A stretch of DNA of 64,000 nt from the human T2T-CHM13v2.0 reference genome, Homo sapiens (GCF_009914755.1 NC_060931.1); one strand, 5' to 3'; counted from the stretch's first letter, positions 33,080 to 52,200 are shown. Translations and numbers: made by a program. The notes: generated from the sequence alone by a model not told the origin.

Positions 33080-34120
33080 ATAATCATTTCATCCCAGACG
33101 TCATGTTTTTCATCTCTGAAAATTCAATTTGGGTCATTTTTATAGCTTCCATGTTTATCTTTATCAAGCTCATATTCTTCTCTATGGTCTTGAACACTGG
33201 GAGTATAATAGCTGTTTTAATATTCTTGTCTACAAATTATATCATCTGTGTCATTTCTGAGTCTGTTTCTATTGATTGATTTTTCTCCTCATTATGGGCC
33301 ATCTTTTCCTGCTTTTTCACTTACCTGGTAATTTTTGCCTGGATGCTAGACACTGTCAGTTTTACCTTCTTGGGTGCTGGAGTTTTTGTGTTTCTTTAAA
33401 TATTTTTGCACTTTGCTATGAGATGCAATTAAATTACTCAGAAAGAGTTTGATCTTTTCTAGGCTGGATTTGAAGCTTTGTTCAAGGGGTTCAGGGCAGC
33501 TGTTATCTCAGCTGGACCTGACTTGGTCCCTGTGCTGAGATAATACCTTTTTGAGAACTCTACTCAGAGGCCTGTATTTCTACTCTGGTTGGCAAGAGCA
33601 GAAACTATTCCCAGCGCTATGTGGGCTGTGGTGGTTGTTCCTGCTGTTCTTTTTGAGTAATTCTTTTCCCAGCCCCTGGTTGTTTCCTCATAAACAATCA
33701 CCGATTAATACTCAGATGAAGAACTCATGAGGAGCCCTCTACAGATCTTCAGTTTTCTTTCTCTTTCTCTATATGTGTGTGTGCATGACATTTTCTCCTC
33801 TCCATTACTCCACCCTGCAAATTCCAGCCACCTTGGCTTTCCCAAACCCTGAAGTATTCTTCCTCAACTCAAGGACACCAGTGGGCTCCATTTGGGTTCC
33901 TCCTCCCTGTACTAAGAACCAAAAACTCTCTCCAGGTAGTAATCCCTGGAGATTGCATGCTTCCCCTCATATGTTTCCATTTTTTCAGTTTTCATGGTCC
34001 TGCATTGCCTGTTGTACAATGTCTGAAAACAGTTCTTTCATATATTTTGTCTGGTTTTTAAATCGTTTTAGGTGGGAGGGAAAATCTGGTCCCTGCTTCT
34101 CAGTTATGGCTAGAAGCAGA
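33080..34120 (-). mobile_element. Old L1M-type fragment
   Basis: T-rich degenerate L1-like sequence (ATCATCTGTGTCATTTCTGAGTCTGTTTCTATTGATTGATTTTTCTCC...). Confidence 0.6.
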
Positions 34121-35729
34121 AGTATATCTATACATAATACTATGAAACATGCTTTGTTCATCTATGTGATCAATAATACTATAAAATAGCATTTTAGCTG
34201 GGTGTGGTGGTGCACACCTGCAGTCCCAGCTACTTGGGAGGCTGAGGCAGGAGGATCACCTGAGCCCAGGAGTTTGAGGCTTCATTGAGCCAGGATCACA
34301 TTACTACACTCCAGCCTGGGTGACAGAGCAAGAACCTGTCTCAAAAAATAAAATAAAATAACATTTTTATTTCTAATTTTAAAATTAATCTGGCACAGAA
34401 AACTTTTTAACTACAGAGAAATACAAAGAAAAAAACAGTTCACACATAACCTTCCATCTTCTGCTGTATGATCTTCCTCTCTTTATAAGTACATTGCTCT
34501 TCTTATGAATACACATATGAATATATTTATTATTATTATTTACTCAGTAAACACTGTTGAATGAATACCAGTGAATTGGTGCTAAAGAGTCAGGTATCAT
34601 GCACAGGAATGCTGAAAGTCCCCTTAACTCTTAGGCAGGAAACAAATGGCTGTTTAGCAGGTAGAGACAGCTGCTTAATAAGGAAACCCCTCTGCAGGAG
34701 GTTACTTAAGGAGTTTGGACAACCAAAGTCTAAATACAGAGCCCAAACCTCATTAACTTTTGGCATGTGGGTTGCCCTAAGTTGGCAGGGCACAACGCCT
34801 CTCTTTCCAGAACAAAATTTACTCTTTGTCCAGGAAAGGCAGGTAGAGAGGGTGTCTGATTGCACGCTGAGCGAGTCGGGTTTGAATGGCTGATGGAAAG
34901 AGGGAGAACAGGTGACAGGGTGCACCCAGCCTCGCTAAGGTCATGCTCCATTTACTCCAGTGGAGAAAGGGCCATCTTTAGAGTCCCCTGACTTCATAGG
35001 TAAAATGCCTTTCACTCCCTCCTCCTTGTGCCCTGCTCACAGCAGGCAGACCATGAATATTTGTTGGAATAGTGAATGAGATACATGAATAGGATAATAG
35101 AAGGTCTCCGAGATGCCAAGTCTTTTTCTGGAAAGCTCTGCCTTTCTGTGGTGGTTTTACCTTAGCAAAGCATTTTGTCAGCTCTGCCCACACCAAATCT
35201 GAGATGTTTGGCACGCATTCCACAGGGATACAGGGGCCTAATTAATTGGTTCACAGATGCAGAAGTTTTTATTATCCTTTCAGTTTTCAATTATCTGACC
35301 TACAACTATTGTTTAGGTGACCAAGCTGGTGTCTTTTCATTCCTGCCATTGACCTCTGACCTCTCGATTGCTTTTGGTGGCGCTCTCTGAGTAGTGGGGG
35401 AGGGTCGGGGATGGAAGGAAGTTCAAGTGTCTACCAAGCAGAAGTAAAAGAAATATTCTTTTGATGAGAATCCAATAAAAAAGCCTAAAAATACATAGCA
35501 ACAAAATACAGAAGAGAGAAAGAAAGAAAGAGAGAAGAGAAAGCAGCAGATTCTTCTTTTACATTGAACACAGAGGATGAACACAGCCAAGCAGCCTCAG
35601 ATCAAACAGGCTCAGCCAAACACAGGAGAAAATCTTACAGGCAATAATAAGATCTGAGTTCTTAGTAACAGAGATAAAGCAAGAACTCCTGTCCCCCTCT
35701 TATCTCATGGGAGGCAGGTAGGACCCTGG

Positions 35730-36270
<541 letters not shown>

Positions 36271-37745
36271 TCTTTTCCAGAACTTTTTCTTTGCATATTT
36301 GATTTTATTTAAATAAATTATGAGGGCCAGGGTTTTCGATTGTTACAAAAAGTTGAAGCCATGATGAAACAGACGTTTCTGGGGGGAAAAAAGGGAAGTG
36401 AGAAACATGGGGAATTAAAATATATTAAATGTGAAATATACATGAATGCCCTTTTGAAATTACTTTGATATTTGGAAGCATTAAAAGGTATATAACTTGC
36501 TCATAGAAGATGTTATATAATGAATGTAAAAACCTGTCTTACCTAAGCATTAACTCTAAATCAATCAGTTGAGTTTACTGTTGACTTACTGTTATACATT
36601 TTGAATTCTTGTAAATGGAGCTACAGCTAAGATGTTGAGGGAATCTAAGCTGTCAGTTTTTGCCTATTTATGAGAATCAGGCAAAATCTAAAAGCTGGGG
36701 GGAGAAGTCAGCCTTACGGTAAAACAAAGAAAGTCATTATGCTTTTTGTACTCAGTGCCCTCCACTCTGTCAAAAAGATACAGAAAGCCCCAGTTTCCAG
36801 AAAAGAAGATGAGAATAAAATGAACCCAGATTCACCGAAAACATCTTTTTTTCCACTTGTCTAATCAGTTTTGTTCTGTGTGCTGCCACTGGCATAGATG
36901 CCTGCCTTTCTGTTTCATTTTGATCACTTTCAAGAATTTTGGAAGAATGTCGTTTTATCCAAATTAAAATTAATCACCATTATTCCCATGCCATCTAATT
37001 TATTTGGTCACTCAATAAGTATTTATGAGGTACCTCCAGGGTGCCAGGCCCCGTGGTCAGGGACATAAAGACACGTGGTCCCTGCCCTGGTGGAGTTCAC
37101 TGGGTGGACAGAGGCTTGTAGAGAGGCGAGTGGACTGAGCCATACTCGACCTTTAGAGAGGAGGGTGCTCAGGGATAGTGCCCTTCCAAAGGGAGAAGAA
37201 ACTAATTACTGGGAGGGTCAGGAACTTTCAGGACACATTTGAGCTAACATACATCTTCCAAAGATACCTTTATTTTTCATATTCTGTAGGACCTAGGGGA
37301 CTTGGAAGTGATTAGGAGCCACTGCTTGCAAAAGTCTCACCTGAACATGGTAGGAATAACTTTACAATCTCAAAATTAGCTGATATCATCTGTGTTATTC
37401 ATTAAGAATCATCTGACAGAAATGTTCAGCTTCACCCACCCATTTCCTCTCTCAGTATATGTTGCATGCCTACTATTTGCCCAACAAAATGGAATTATGC
37501 CATTAGAATAACTAAGAATTATCCTGATCACCTTCAGTGAGTTCCCTACGTTGGACCTACAAGTCATTCTTATTAAGGACAATGGTTCTTACATCCAGAA
37601 CTCCTTAGGGAACTTCATGTTTAACTTTAAAGAGTTTATTTGCTTGTAATTAACTCCCACAGCATCTTAATCGGGGATCACTACCAAGATTCAATACAGA
37701 GTTTCAGTGTCATTTTTCTTCCAGACGTTCTTTTATTTTTATCTC

Positions 37746-38363
<618 letters not shown>

Positions 38364-38699
38364 TGAAGATGGTATCTACCCAGTGACTTTTATGGGACTG
38401 ACAAAAGGTCACAGCTTAGAGATTAGTTAGGACAAGGAAGGATGTGAAGGGACATGAGGTGGTGTGGAAATGCCAAGTACGGGTGGAAGGGGGATGAGCA
38501 GATAGGCGGGGTCAAAGCTGCAGGCCCTCTGAGTGGGCTCCCTGGTTCCAGAAGCAGGGAGCCAGTGCAGAGAGGGTGGGAAAAGAAGTCAGACTCTTTT
38601 ACCGCCAGATTCACTTCTTTCTCCATGTGAACACTGCGTGGACTTCCAGAAGCATTGATCCTCTGCACTAGCATCCCCAGATTTAGGGACAAATAGATT

Positions 38700-39050
38700 T
38701 CTTGAGTTCCCAGAGGAAACAGATTCTGAGATGAGACTGGATGCAGAGCATGGCCCCAGGATCTGTCACTGATGGGGAGTGAAGGGAACAGGTGGGGCAG
38801 AGGGAGGAGCCTCAGTTGATCCCAGGATCCCACAGGGAGCTCTGGAGCTGGGATGGCCCTTCAGAGCTGCCCTGAATTGGAGCTAGGGGACCACACCTGG
38901 GCATTGACCAGTCCTTAACATGGGCTGCCCTGGGGGAAAGGGGTGACCTTGAACAAGGAGGGCAATTCCTGGAAAGGGACTCAACTAAGAGCAGCCATCA
39001 GCCACCCATGTCTCCAGCAGCTGGGGGAAGGAGCACCCACAGAACCCAGT
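38700..39050. mobile_element. LTR16-like (ERVL) LTR
   Basis: GATCCCACAGGGAGCTCTGGAGCTGGGATGGCCCTTCAGAG core resembles the LTR16 consensus. Confidence 0.6.
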
Positions 39051-39126
39051 ACTAAGGATGGGTTATTTACATAACAAAGGATCAGTGGTTCTGTTTTCAT
39101 TTTGTTTCACATTATTTTAATTTTTT

Positions 39127-39230
39127 AATGGAATGCTTCATGAATTTGCATGTCATCCTTGCACAGGGGCCATGCTAATCTTCTCTGTATCATTCCAATT
39201 TTTTAGTGTATGTGCTGTCAAAGCAAGCAC
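39127..39230 (-). pseudogene. U6 snRNA retropseudogene (full length)
   Basis: Reverse complement reads GTGCTTGCTTTGACAGCACATACACTAAAAAATTGGAATGATACAGAGAAGATTAGCATGGCCCCTGTGCAAGGATGACATGCAAATTCATGAAGCATTCCAT, i.e. U6 with CpG decay. A-rich tail; TSD TTGTTTCAC(A/G)TTA at 39102-39114 and 39231-39243. Confidence 0.95.
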
Positions 39231-40539
39231 TTGTTTCACGTTAGATGATAAAGGTGTTGAGGGAAAGACTTGCTCTTCCAACTGTATGTATCCCCCACAA
39301 TGCACTTGCTCTTGATAAAATCAGGGCCTCCCCAGACAGGATTACCAGTTACACCTGTAATGCCCATATCTAACGTCCTAGCTGGCACAGGGATGCCGGC
39401 ATAATAAACGGGGCTGCAGAGGAGCGTCATCCTGGCTTGGGATTCCTCGTCTTTCTAGATTGCTGAAAATGAGGAGCTGAGGGCCACGGAGCACTCAGAA
39501 TCCCCACCAACTGCTGACCCAGAACCTTTAGCACAGTGGGTCTCAGAGAGTGTCTTACTAGCTTGAGACGTTAGGCTTCAGCAAAGCGGCACAGGTGCGG
39601 GCGAAGGCAACCTGGAGCTGTGGCTCTGCACGGGCCCTCGCCTGGCCAAGGCAAGGGACAGGACAAGAGCAGGAAGGAAAGAGTATCAGAGGTCAGTGTA
39701 TCCATCCAAGGGCTCAACCTGGCCAGGGGACAAGGCAGAGGAGCCAGGCAGGCCCTGCTGCTCAGCACAGCTGCAATGCCACCTGAGATGAGGTGTGACA
39801 AAGGTGCCTGTCACTGTCCCTCCTCCTGTTCTATTCTAAGGGTCTCTGTGCCAGTTGTCAGTTCCTTACTGTAGTTGAAGCGAGGTGCACTCCCTTTCAC
39901 TCTGGGTGCTACTTTCTTGGCTGAGAAAAAACAAGCTGCAGCCCAAGCCGCCCTGCTATGTGAGAAAGAGAAGTGAAACAGGCTGTGGGCTGGGCAACAG
40001 GAGGCTGACTGCAAGCGAACTGCAGATGCCGAGCCTTTGCTGGTTTACTCCGGCAGCACAACAGCATACGAAGAAAACCAAAGTGGCTCTCTCATTAGCC
40101 AGTTCCTGGAAGAGGAACGGTTCCATTTCTACAACCATTCAAGCAGCAGGGATTTATTGAAACCGATCCACGCTCAGGTCCCAGCGGACACAGTCCCTGC
40201 CTGAAAGGCACTAGAGCCTAGTTAGGGAGAGTAGAGTAACTCACCTGAAAAAAACAGCAAATGGACCTGACCTGTATAATTAGGGACTAAATTACGTGAG
40301 CCAGTCTCAAGGCGCAGTCCGTCAGGGAAGAACTCACCATGAAGACCGCCGAAGATCACGAAAAGGAGGCCAGAAGTGAGGAAAGGCTCCAGAGGCCAGG
40401 AGAGGGCATGGGGTAGCGGGGCATGAAACTGCAGGAACAGAAGCCTGGAGGCAGAGATGATAATGAGGAAATGGGCCTCACTAGACCCTGCACCCGAGCC
40501 AGGCGCATGGGTCGAGGCTGCCTCGAGAAGCCCCCTCAG

Positions 40540-41341
<802 letters not shown>

Positions 41342-42544
41342 CCTCCTGGAGTTATATTTTACAGTTGCTCACTTGATCCTCAGTACTGCCCTATAAGGTA
41401 GCTCTCTTATCACCATCATCCCCATTTCACAGGTGAGAAAACTGAGTCACAGAGTTGTCCACAGCCATGCAAGTAGCGCGTCTGTTTCCACAGTCTGTGC
41501 TCCTAACCCTCTAAGCTGCTACTAGAGTTTGGGATCCATTAGTCCTCGATCCAGAGTGTGGCTCTACCACTTCTTAGGTGTATGACCTTTGGCAAGTCGC
41601 TTAACCTCACTGAGCTTCAGTTTCCCCTTCTGGGAATAATAATAATTCCTGACTTACAGAGTTTTGTGAGTGAGGTAATTGAACAAATAGGAAGTGATTC
41701 ATCCATGGCACTTGGATGATGGTGATGATGATGGTGATGATGATGATGATGGGAAGCCTTGGATCATGTAGAGTCATTGATGAGACTAGAGGAAATGACA
41801 CGCCTGAGCCACCTCCGTGGCCATTCCCTTGCCTTCACATGCCTGCCTCCACCCTAGTCCTCTCCCTGCTCCCTAAACATAGACACAGGGCTGGCCCCAG
41901 GCCCCATGTGTAACAGGCTTCCTGCCTAAAGCCACCAGGAGCCTCAGAGCCCAGAGCTCCTGTTGCTGGTGGCTGGAGTTTACTGCCTGAACTTCTAGTC
42001 CAGGTTGCGGACTATGAGCAGTCCAGGACTTTCTCCTTGTCCGACAGCCCCTCCAATCACTGCCCAGGTGTGCCTACATCCTAGTTCTAGCTGCCACCAG
42101 GAAAAAATCCAACCCATGGAGCATTTTGCACTCATCTACAACTACGTATGACAAATGGTTTCCCCTCCCTGCTACATAACTCAGCCTGCCCGTGTGCATG
42201 CTCTGAACTACTTCAATCTAAGTATCTGCTGAGTAAGATCGAGACAGAAAATATCTGTTGATTAGGTTTTGTTTCTGTCACTTCTTGCCTTCTCAGGGCA
42301 AGTCAGTTCTAGAGGTTCATTTCCGGTCCCTCGGCTTCCCACCCTGAAGCCTCCTCCCTGCTCCAGGTCAGTTTAGCAATGGAACACACCCAACAAGCTG
42401 CCCCGCCTTCTCACACCTGGGCTAGGGTGTCCAAGGTGCTGGGGAATCTAGCCCTTAGCAAAGATTACCTTATCCCTAGTACCAGGATTATTTCAATGTT
42501 TTTTCCTTGTGTTTTGTTTTGTTCTACCATCAATGTTCCACTTA

Positions 42545-43206
<662 letters not shown>

Positions 43207-44169
43207 TCAGTTTTCTCATTGGAACTATGTCTACCTCCTTGGGTGGAAAGAGCTCATTCTTCCATGATCAAGCCCTGACCTTCAAGTAACCCCTTGAGAT
43301 TCCTGACTCAGTCTGACCTGACTCTTATTTTCTTCCAGGCAGTGATTTCGGCAGCACGGAGACAGCAGAGAAAAAGAGACCAGATTTCTGCTCTCAAGGC
43401 GTGAATAATAGTCTTGACCCAGATTCTAACTATGTGGTCACTCCTAGTCTCTTTTTAACTCACTTTCTTATCTTGACTCTTAGAACCAACAACACCTGGC
43501 TCTGGACCTCTCACCAAGCTGTGGTTCTATGCTCTCCTGACTTCCAACTCTCCGTTCTTGTCCTTCTCACCTATGTGAGTTTCCAGCCTTCAGACACTCC
43601 CTGTCCTAGTGTTGAGTCCTACCTCTGAGACCCTCAGCTGCCCACCCTGCAACACTGACAATGCACAGAGTCCAACCATCTGGCCCTCATAAAATGTCCC
43701 AGGCTCCATGCCAAGTTGCGCTACAGATTGCTTGGCCATCAGTTCCCTAGGAAACTGTAGGCTGGACTGGCTGCCAAGTCAATGGAGGGTTTCAGCCATG
43801 TGGTTGGCCACCTGGGCAGAAGCCTTGCTGACTGCCTTCTTATCTGGTAGTTCCCCTTCCTGAGCCTTGGTGCCCAACCCTATCTGAATCACCTGGGCCT
43901 TGGAAACCTGTTCCTTTGGAGTTCCAGCCCTTCTAGGTCAAAAGCACCTTGAATATCTGACGAGGGCCTGCCTTCATTCTTTTGATCTCTTTGCTGGTGT
44001 TCCTCCTGGATGCCCTTGGCCTGTAACAGCTGGCCTCCAAACACCGGCAAACCTGTCCCCAGAACCCAAGTCTGAGTCAGCAGAGTCTTGGTAACTTTCC
44101 CTAGTTCAACAAAAACCCACAGCTATACCACAGTCCTGCCTGCACTCACCCTCTCCACCCACCTGACCA

Positions 44170-45075
44170 CTTATTCATTCAACAAATGTTTGTGGAGTGT
44201 GTGTTTTGGAGCCAGATAATGTGAGAGTTGAAGTTTCCCAACAAGGAATGGACAAAACATTGTTCCTGGCCTAGAGGAGCTCATAGCCAAAGTGGAGGCA
44301 TTAGAATAAACATAATCCATTTCAAAATGTGAAAAGGGTCACAGCAGGGTTGGAACAAGTACCAGGGGAACACCTGGGAAGGGCATCTAACTCACGCCCA
44401 TGGGACAGGGAATGTCTGCATGAAGACTGATGTGAAATCTAAGCTGAATCCAAAAACAGCAGCAAGAGCTGGTAAATGGTTGGGGGTGCTCCAGATTTCA
44501 TGCATGAAAACTCAAGGAGAGAAGGCAACTAAAAATAGGAAACTGCAAAAGTCAACATAATTGGGGCAGTGGGAGAAGTGAGCAAGGCTTCACCTGAAAG
44601 GAGGAGTTGGTTGGCATCTGAGGACAGTGGGAGGCCACTGGGGTTCTAAGCAGCACCCACTCCACCTATTCTTCTCTTCACAATGGGATCTACGCTTTAG
44701 GAAACTCACTTTGCTATCATGATGGAGAATGAATGAGAGGGAAGGCAAGATCCTGAGCAGGAAGAACAGAGAAGACTGTGACGGGATACCAAGACTGAGA
44801 AGATAATGGCCCGAACCACGGGAGTAATACAAAATACTGGGAGCCTAAGACCAATGGGACTTGGTCGTTGATTGTGCATGCCCTGCAAGGGGAAGGGAGG
44901 AGACTGTAGCGATGCCAGGAGTCTAGGCTGATGGATGACCTGGAGCGAGGTGGTGCTGTGAACTGTCACCAGGGAAATAGGGGAGGAGGGGCAGGTTTGT
45001 GGCATGGGGGATGGGAGACAAGGTTCAGACAGGAAGGACAGTGTTGAGTTTGAGGTGGTTACAGGACATCCTGTG
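44170..45075 (-). mobile_element. L2 fragment
   Basis: TTCATTCAACAAATGTTT 3'-end motif ...TTGAGTTTGAGGTG...GGACATCC. Confidence 0.7.
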
Positions 45076-45766
45076 AGGGGGCTGTGTGTCTCCAAAGCCA
45101 TCTTGGCCAGTGAGAAAGTCTGAGAGACATCAGCAAACCCATGAACTCTGTAGAATGAGAAGAGCAGAAGGCAGTCTGGAAACATCAGCTAAGAGACAGA
45201 CAGAAATTGACATAATCTCAAAGTGTCTCCCATACATGACACTTACTAGTTACATAGAAATAAGTAACTTTACAGTGGCGAAGCCTGGTAGACACTACCT
45301 CCCCTGAGTGATCAAAGTTATCAGGAGTAATGGGACGGGTAGACATTGTATGCCTCCTGATAGGCTGTACTGAGAAGGATACAACATCACTTCTGTAGTA
45401 TTCCTGCCAAAAATGTATACTCTAAATGATTATATATGTCTAATCATGAGGGAACATCAGACAAAACCATACTGAAGGACATATATACAAAATAACTGGC
45501 CTGTGCTCTTCAAAAATACCAAGGTCATAGAAAAGAAAGACTGAAGAACTATTCTGGATCATAGGAGACTAAAACACAAACATGATAGCTAAATAATTCA
45601 ATGTATGATTCTAGATTCGATTCTGGACCAGAAAAAAGAGGTTGTTTTGCTACACAATTCCTTTGTGACAATTAGCAAAATTTGAAATAAAGTTTACACA
45701 TTAGACAATAGTACTATATCACTGTTATTTTTCTAATTTTGATCATTGCACTGTGTAAGAGAACGC

Positions 45767-46336
<570 letters not shown>

Positions 46337-46372
46337 TGAACAGATAGATGATAGGTAGAGAGTAATAAGGCA

Positions 46373-47068
46373 GGCCAAGCACAGTGTCTCATGCCTGTTA
46401 ATCCCAGCATTTTGGGAAGCCAAGAGAGGGCTGCTTGAGCCTAGGAGTTTGAGACCAGCCTGGGTAACACAGGGAAATCCCAACTCAACAAAAAATTAAA
46501 AAAAAAAAAAAAATTAGCTGGGCATGGTGGTGCATGCCCATAGTCCCAGCTATTTGGGAAGCTGAGTTTCAAGGATCACTTGGGCCTAGGAGGTCAAGGC
46601 TACAGTGAGCTGTGATCACACCACTGTACTTCAGCTTGGGCAACAGAGCAAGACCCTGTGTTAAAAATAAAAAATAAAATAATAAAGCAAATGTGATAAA
46701 TTGTTAACATTTGGGGAATCTGAGTATAGGTAGGCTGGCATTCTTCAAAGCATTCTTTCTTACTTTTCTTTTTTTTTTTTTTTTTTTTGAGATGGAGTCT
46801 TGCTCTGTTGCCCAAGCTGGAGTGGAGTGCTGTGATCTCTGCTCACTGCAGCCTCCACCTCCTGTCTCAGCCTCCTGAGTAGCTGGGATTACAGGTCCCT
46901 GCCACCACACCTGGCTAATTTTTTTTGTATTTTTAGTGGAGATGGGGTTTCATCATGTTGGTCAGGCTGGTTTCAAACTCCTGACTTCAAGTGATCCTCC
47001 TGACTTCAAGTGATCCACCTGCCTTAGCCAAAGTGCTGGGATTACAGGTGTGAGCCACCATGTCTGGC
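46373..47068. mobile_element. Inverted Alu pair (+ 46373-46680; - 46765-47068)
   Basis: Two dimers tail-to-tail, about 85 bp apart. Confidence 0.9.
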
Positions 47069-47660
47069 ATCTTTCTTACTTTTCTATAAGTGTGAAATTA
47101 TTTTGAGGTGAGTATTAAATACTAAATACTTATTACACAGAGTTGAAAACCAACTTATTGTTCCTCTAAGAATTTCAACTCCTATTGCTACTCTTTCCTT
47201 CCCCTCTGCTTTGCAGTGCCACTATGCCCTCAAATAACATTCTCTCCTTTTCTAATTATTATTGTGATAAAAAGACACAACATTAAATTTGCCATTTTTT
47301 AGTATACAGTTCAGTAGTGTTGAGTAAATTTACATTGTTGTGTGACAGATCTCTTGCAAGTCTGCAATTATTTAAATAAAAGTTTTTTTACAAAAGAAAG
47401 AAAAAGGTAGCAGAAGAGGAACCCTAGGAGGAGACAGAAAGAAGAGCCACAGAGGTAGAAGGAAAAAATAGAAGACTGTGATGTGGCAATAGTCAAGGCA
47501 GGAGAGAATGTCAACAGAGACCTGTGGCCTGAAGGGTCATTGCAGCAGACACGTCACATAAATGTCAGGAAGAGACAAAATGGACAAAGCATAATCCCCC
47601 AAGTTTGCTCTAGAAAAGATCTTCTCCTTCTGCTTTCTGCGGGTGCTCCCGGTAGGAAGG

Positions 47661-48020
47661 TGATAGGGTTTGGCTGTGTCCCCACCCAAATCTCATCTTG
47701 AATTGTAGCTCCCATAATTCCCATGTGTTGTGGGAGGGACCTGGTGGGAGGTCATTGAATCATGGGGGCAGATTTTTCCTGTGCTATTCTTGTGATAGTG
47801 AATAAGTCTCATGAGCTCTGATGGTTTTATAAAGGGCAGGTCCCATACATATACTCACTTGCCTGCTGCCATGTAAGACATGCCTTTGCTCCTCCTTCAG
47901 TTTCCACCATGATTGTGAGGCCTCCCAGCCATGTAGAACTGTTAGTCCATTAAACTTTTTCTTTATAAATTACCTAGTCTCTGGTATTTCTTCCTAACAG
48001 TATGAAAATGGACTAATACC
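47661..48020 (+). mobile_element. THE1-type MaLR solo LTR
   Basis: TGATAGGGTTTGGCTGTGTCCCCACCCAAATCTCATCTTGAATTGTAGCTCCC...GAAAATGGACTAATAC; 5-bp TSD GAAGG at 47656-47660 and 48021-48025. Confidence 0.9.
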
Positions 48021-48601
48021 GAAGGGAAGCCTAGAATATTCTTTGAAACTATTAACTCCATGTGTGGCTGAGGTAGATATCACAGGCTGGGCTGTGCTTT
48101 GGTTGGGAAGGTGTTTTGTGGGCCCCCGGGTATGCACAGGTGAGGCTCCCCAACACCCACCCTTCCCTTCCCATGAAAGGTACAGGTGAGTCAAAAGGGT
48201 CCAGCATAGAGAGAAAGAGTTACTTTCATGGGCCCCTGGTGACCTCAGAGATAGGACTCTGGGGTGGGCCTTGGGATTAAAAGAAGCTAAGATAATTGTA
48301 GGAAATTTCATGTAGGAAGCAAGGCGGCTTGAGCAGGAGATGGTGGCCAGGAAGAGGAGCTGCTGGTATGAGGCTCCCTGGGGCTAGCTGGCCACGGCCT
48401 CAGAAGCATGCGGGTGGTGTCTTGTTTCCTTTGCTTTCTCTTCTATAATTCTTTGGAATTTTCCAGAGACTTTAATAACAGACTCTCTCACCCAGTGGCA
48501 TGGGGTAGGTGAGTGGTGTCCTCGGGTGTGAAGACAAGGGGGCATGTTTACATCTGAGGCTGATGTAAATTACAGAGCTTGGGCAGCCCACAGGTGATTC
48601 A

Positions 48602-49107
<506 letters not shown>

Positions 49108-50147
49108 TCATCTGCCTAGAGGGAAAGGGTTTTCTTTTGTTTCAAAATGGAAAAGACTTCAAAGTATTTAATTGATGATGAGAAAACAAAACAAAACAAA
49201 ACATTAAAGAGGAAAAGAGGAAAGATTTAAGAGAGACTATACCTTCCCAACCAAAGCCCAGATGCAGGATTTGGTTGGTTCTTAAACACTCTAGATTGAA
49301 AAGAACACCACAACACCACACCCCCATGAGACGGGATCAGCCCGCACACCTGCTCAGGGTGATACTCCAGAGTCCCAATGCCATCAATTTCATCTTGAGC
49401 GTCAGGAACCAATTGGCTGAATCATTAAGCCCAGGCCTCTCTACTGTACCCACCCCACCTGGGGGTGTAAGGCCCTCTGATGAACAGGTGACATTAAAGC
49501 AAATGAACGTTGACTCATAGCCTACTAAGCTTACATACTTGATAATATTTCATTTTCCCAGTAGTCCTGCGTAGGCATTACTATTCCCATTGTAAAGATG
49601 AGTACACTAAGGCTCAGAGAAATTACATACCAAGCAGGAAAAGGCAGAACAGGGAACCAAACCTGGATCGTATTTCAGCATTCATTTTCTTTTCATTCCA
49701 GACCTCAGGGAATATATTCTAAGGCCCCCACAGACAAGAAAATTATGTTCCAGTACCTCCGGAATTAGAGAAAGATGACCAAGCTTTTCCCTGATACCTC
49801 CCTAGATTTTCACAATTACAGAAACATGGTCCTCTACCTCCGGAACCACAGAAACCTGAACCTACATAACCTGTCCAACTTGCTTCTCTCGAAACCCAGA
49901 AACTTTCTACAGTTGCTCCTGAAGTTTCTCACCTGTCATGGAGCTTTAGAGCTACTGAGAGCTGGGGTAACGTAAAAAAGCAGAGAGAAGAGAGCTGGTC
50001 TGGTTGAAGGGGTGGGAAGGGGACATGGAAGCCCTTGCTTGGACTCTTATTTCAGCTCCAGTTATTCCCATTAAACTTGAGGTGCCTCCAAGAAACCCCA
50101 GGACTTATTTGAACACAGTTTAACAGCCACAGCTATTAATCACAGGC

Positions 50148-50441
<294 letters not shown>

Positions 50442-50443
50442 TT

Positions 50444-50475
<32 letters not shown>

Positions 50476-50589
50476 TGAAGCTGAAGAAAGTAAAATGACC
50501 TGCCCAGGGTTACAAAGAGAGCCTAAGTGAACTGCAAACCCCAATAACCTGTTTATTTCACAGCTACTAAATCCAGCTTTCTCTGATAG

Positions 50590-51030
50590 ACTGCTGGCTG
50601 CTTAACCTAACCCAATACCAATGCGCCTTCTCCCACTTAGTAACAAACCCCAAATTTATTCTGAGTAACACTGCTTGCTGCCAAAGGACTAAATTTCCCA
50701 GCCTCTCTTCAATTTGGACTGGCCATTTTAAATTCTAGCCAAAGAGATGTAAGCAAAAATATAGTATGGTTCTTCTAGGAAGAACATAGGCCTTTCTTCT
50801 CCTTTTCCTCTGTCCTGCTGCCTAGAAGTCAGATGTGATGGCTGGAGCTCCAGCAGTCAATTTGGACCATAAGGATGAGACACAGCCTAGGGAATGCAGT
50901 CAGAAAACTGGAAAGAGTCTGAATAATGGGGACGCTGACATAATAGACCTCAACTATGTACATGAGAAACAATTTTATATATCTTGCTTAAGTTGTGATT
51001 GTTGCAGCTGAATCTAAACTAACTGGTACA
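50590..51030 (+). mobile_element. Old MLT1-family LTR
   Basis: GATGTGATGGCTGGAGCTCCAGCAG...TTGCAGCTGAATCTAAACTAACTGGTACA. Confidence 0.6.
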
Positions 51031-51478
51031 AATCAGGAATAGCTTCAACAATTTTCTCTAAGCCTTAATGACAATCCTCAAATAGCCTGAATGCATCTCT
51101 GGGGCTTGGGAAGGTATGGCCAGCAACTTCCTGCTCACTCTGGAAGCCCCCGTGTGCTGTGTTTCCAGAGCCAGGAGAGGCAACATTGCTCAGTCCTTGG
51201 AGGACCAGGTCACACAGGTTCATCAGGGTTTTCTAAGTCTATGTTCTGGACTCTATTTCCAGAACTCCAGCCACTTCCTGAGCCTTCAAGCTGCTGTTTT
51301 CCCCTAACCCCAGAAAACCCCTGAGGTTGTGTAATTATGAACTCCAAACACGGAGCACCAAAAATCAACAGAAGTCAGGAAAAGAAGCTCCTTAACCTTG
51401 TCCAAAGAAGCTCAGTAAAAATACAAATAGTAGCTGTGAGTGAGGCAAAAACAAATCTGTAAACATAAACAGATTAGA

Positions 51479-52200
<722 letters not shown>

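Noticed and set aside
34561-34951. Overlapping ORFs of about 110 aa in unique sequence
   Set aside because: No recognisable homology or splice/promoter context; the lengths are within chance expectation.
39127-39230. Functional U6 gene
   Set aside because: CpG decay, an insertion, an A-tail and a TSD mark it as a retrocopy; no evident upstream PSE/TATA.
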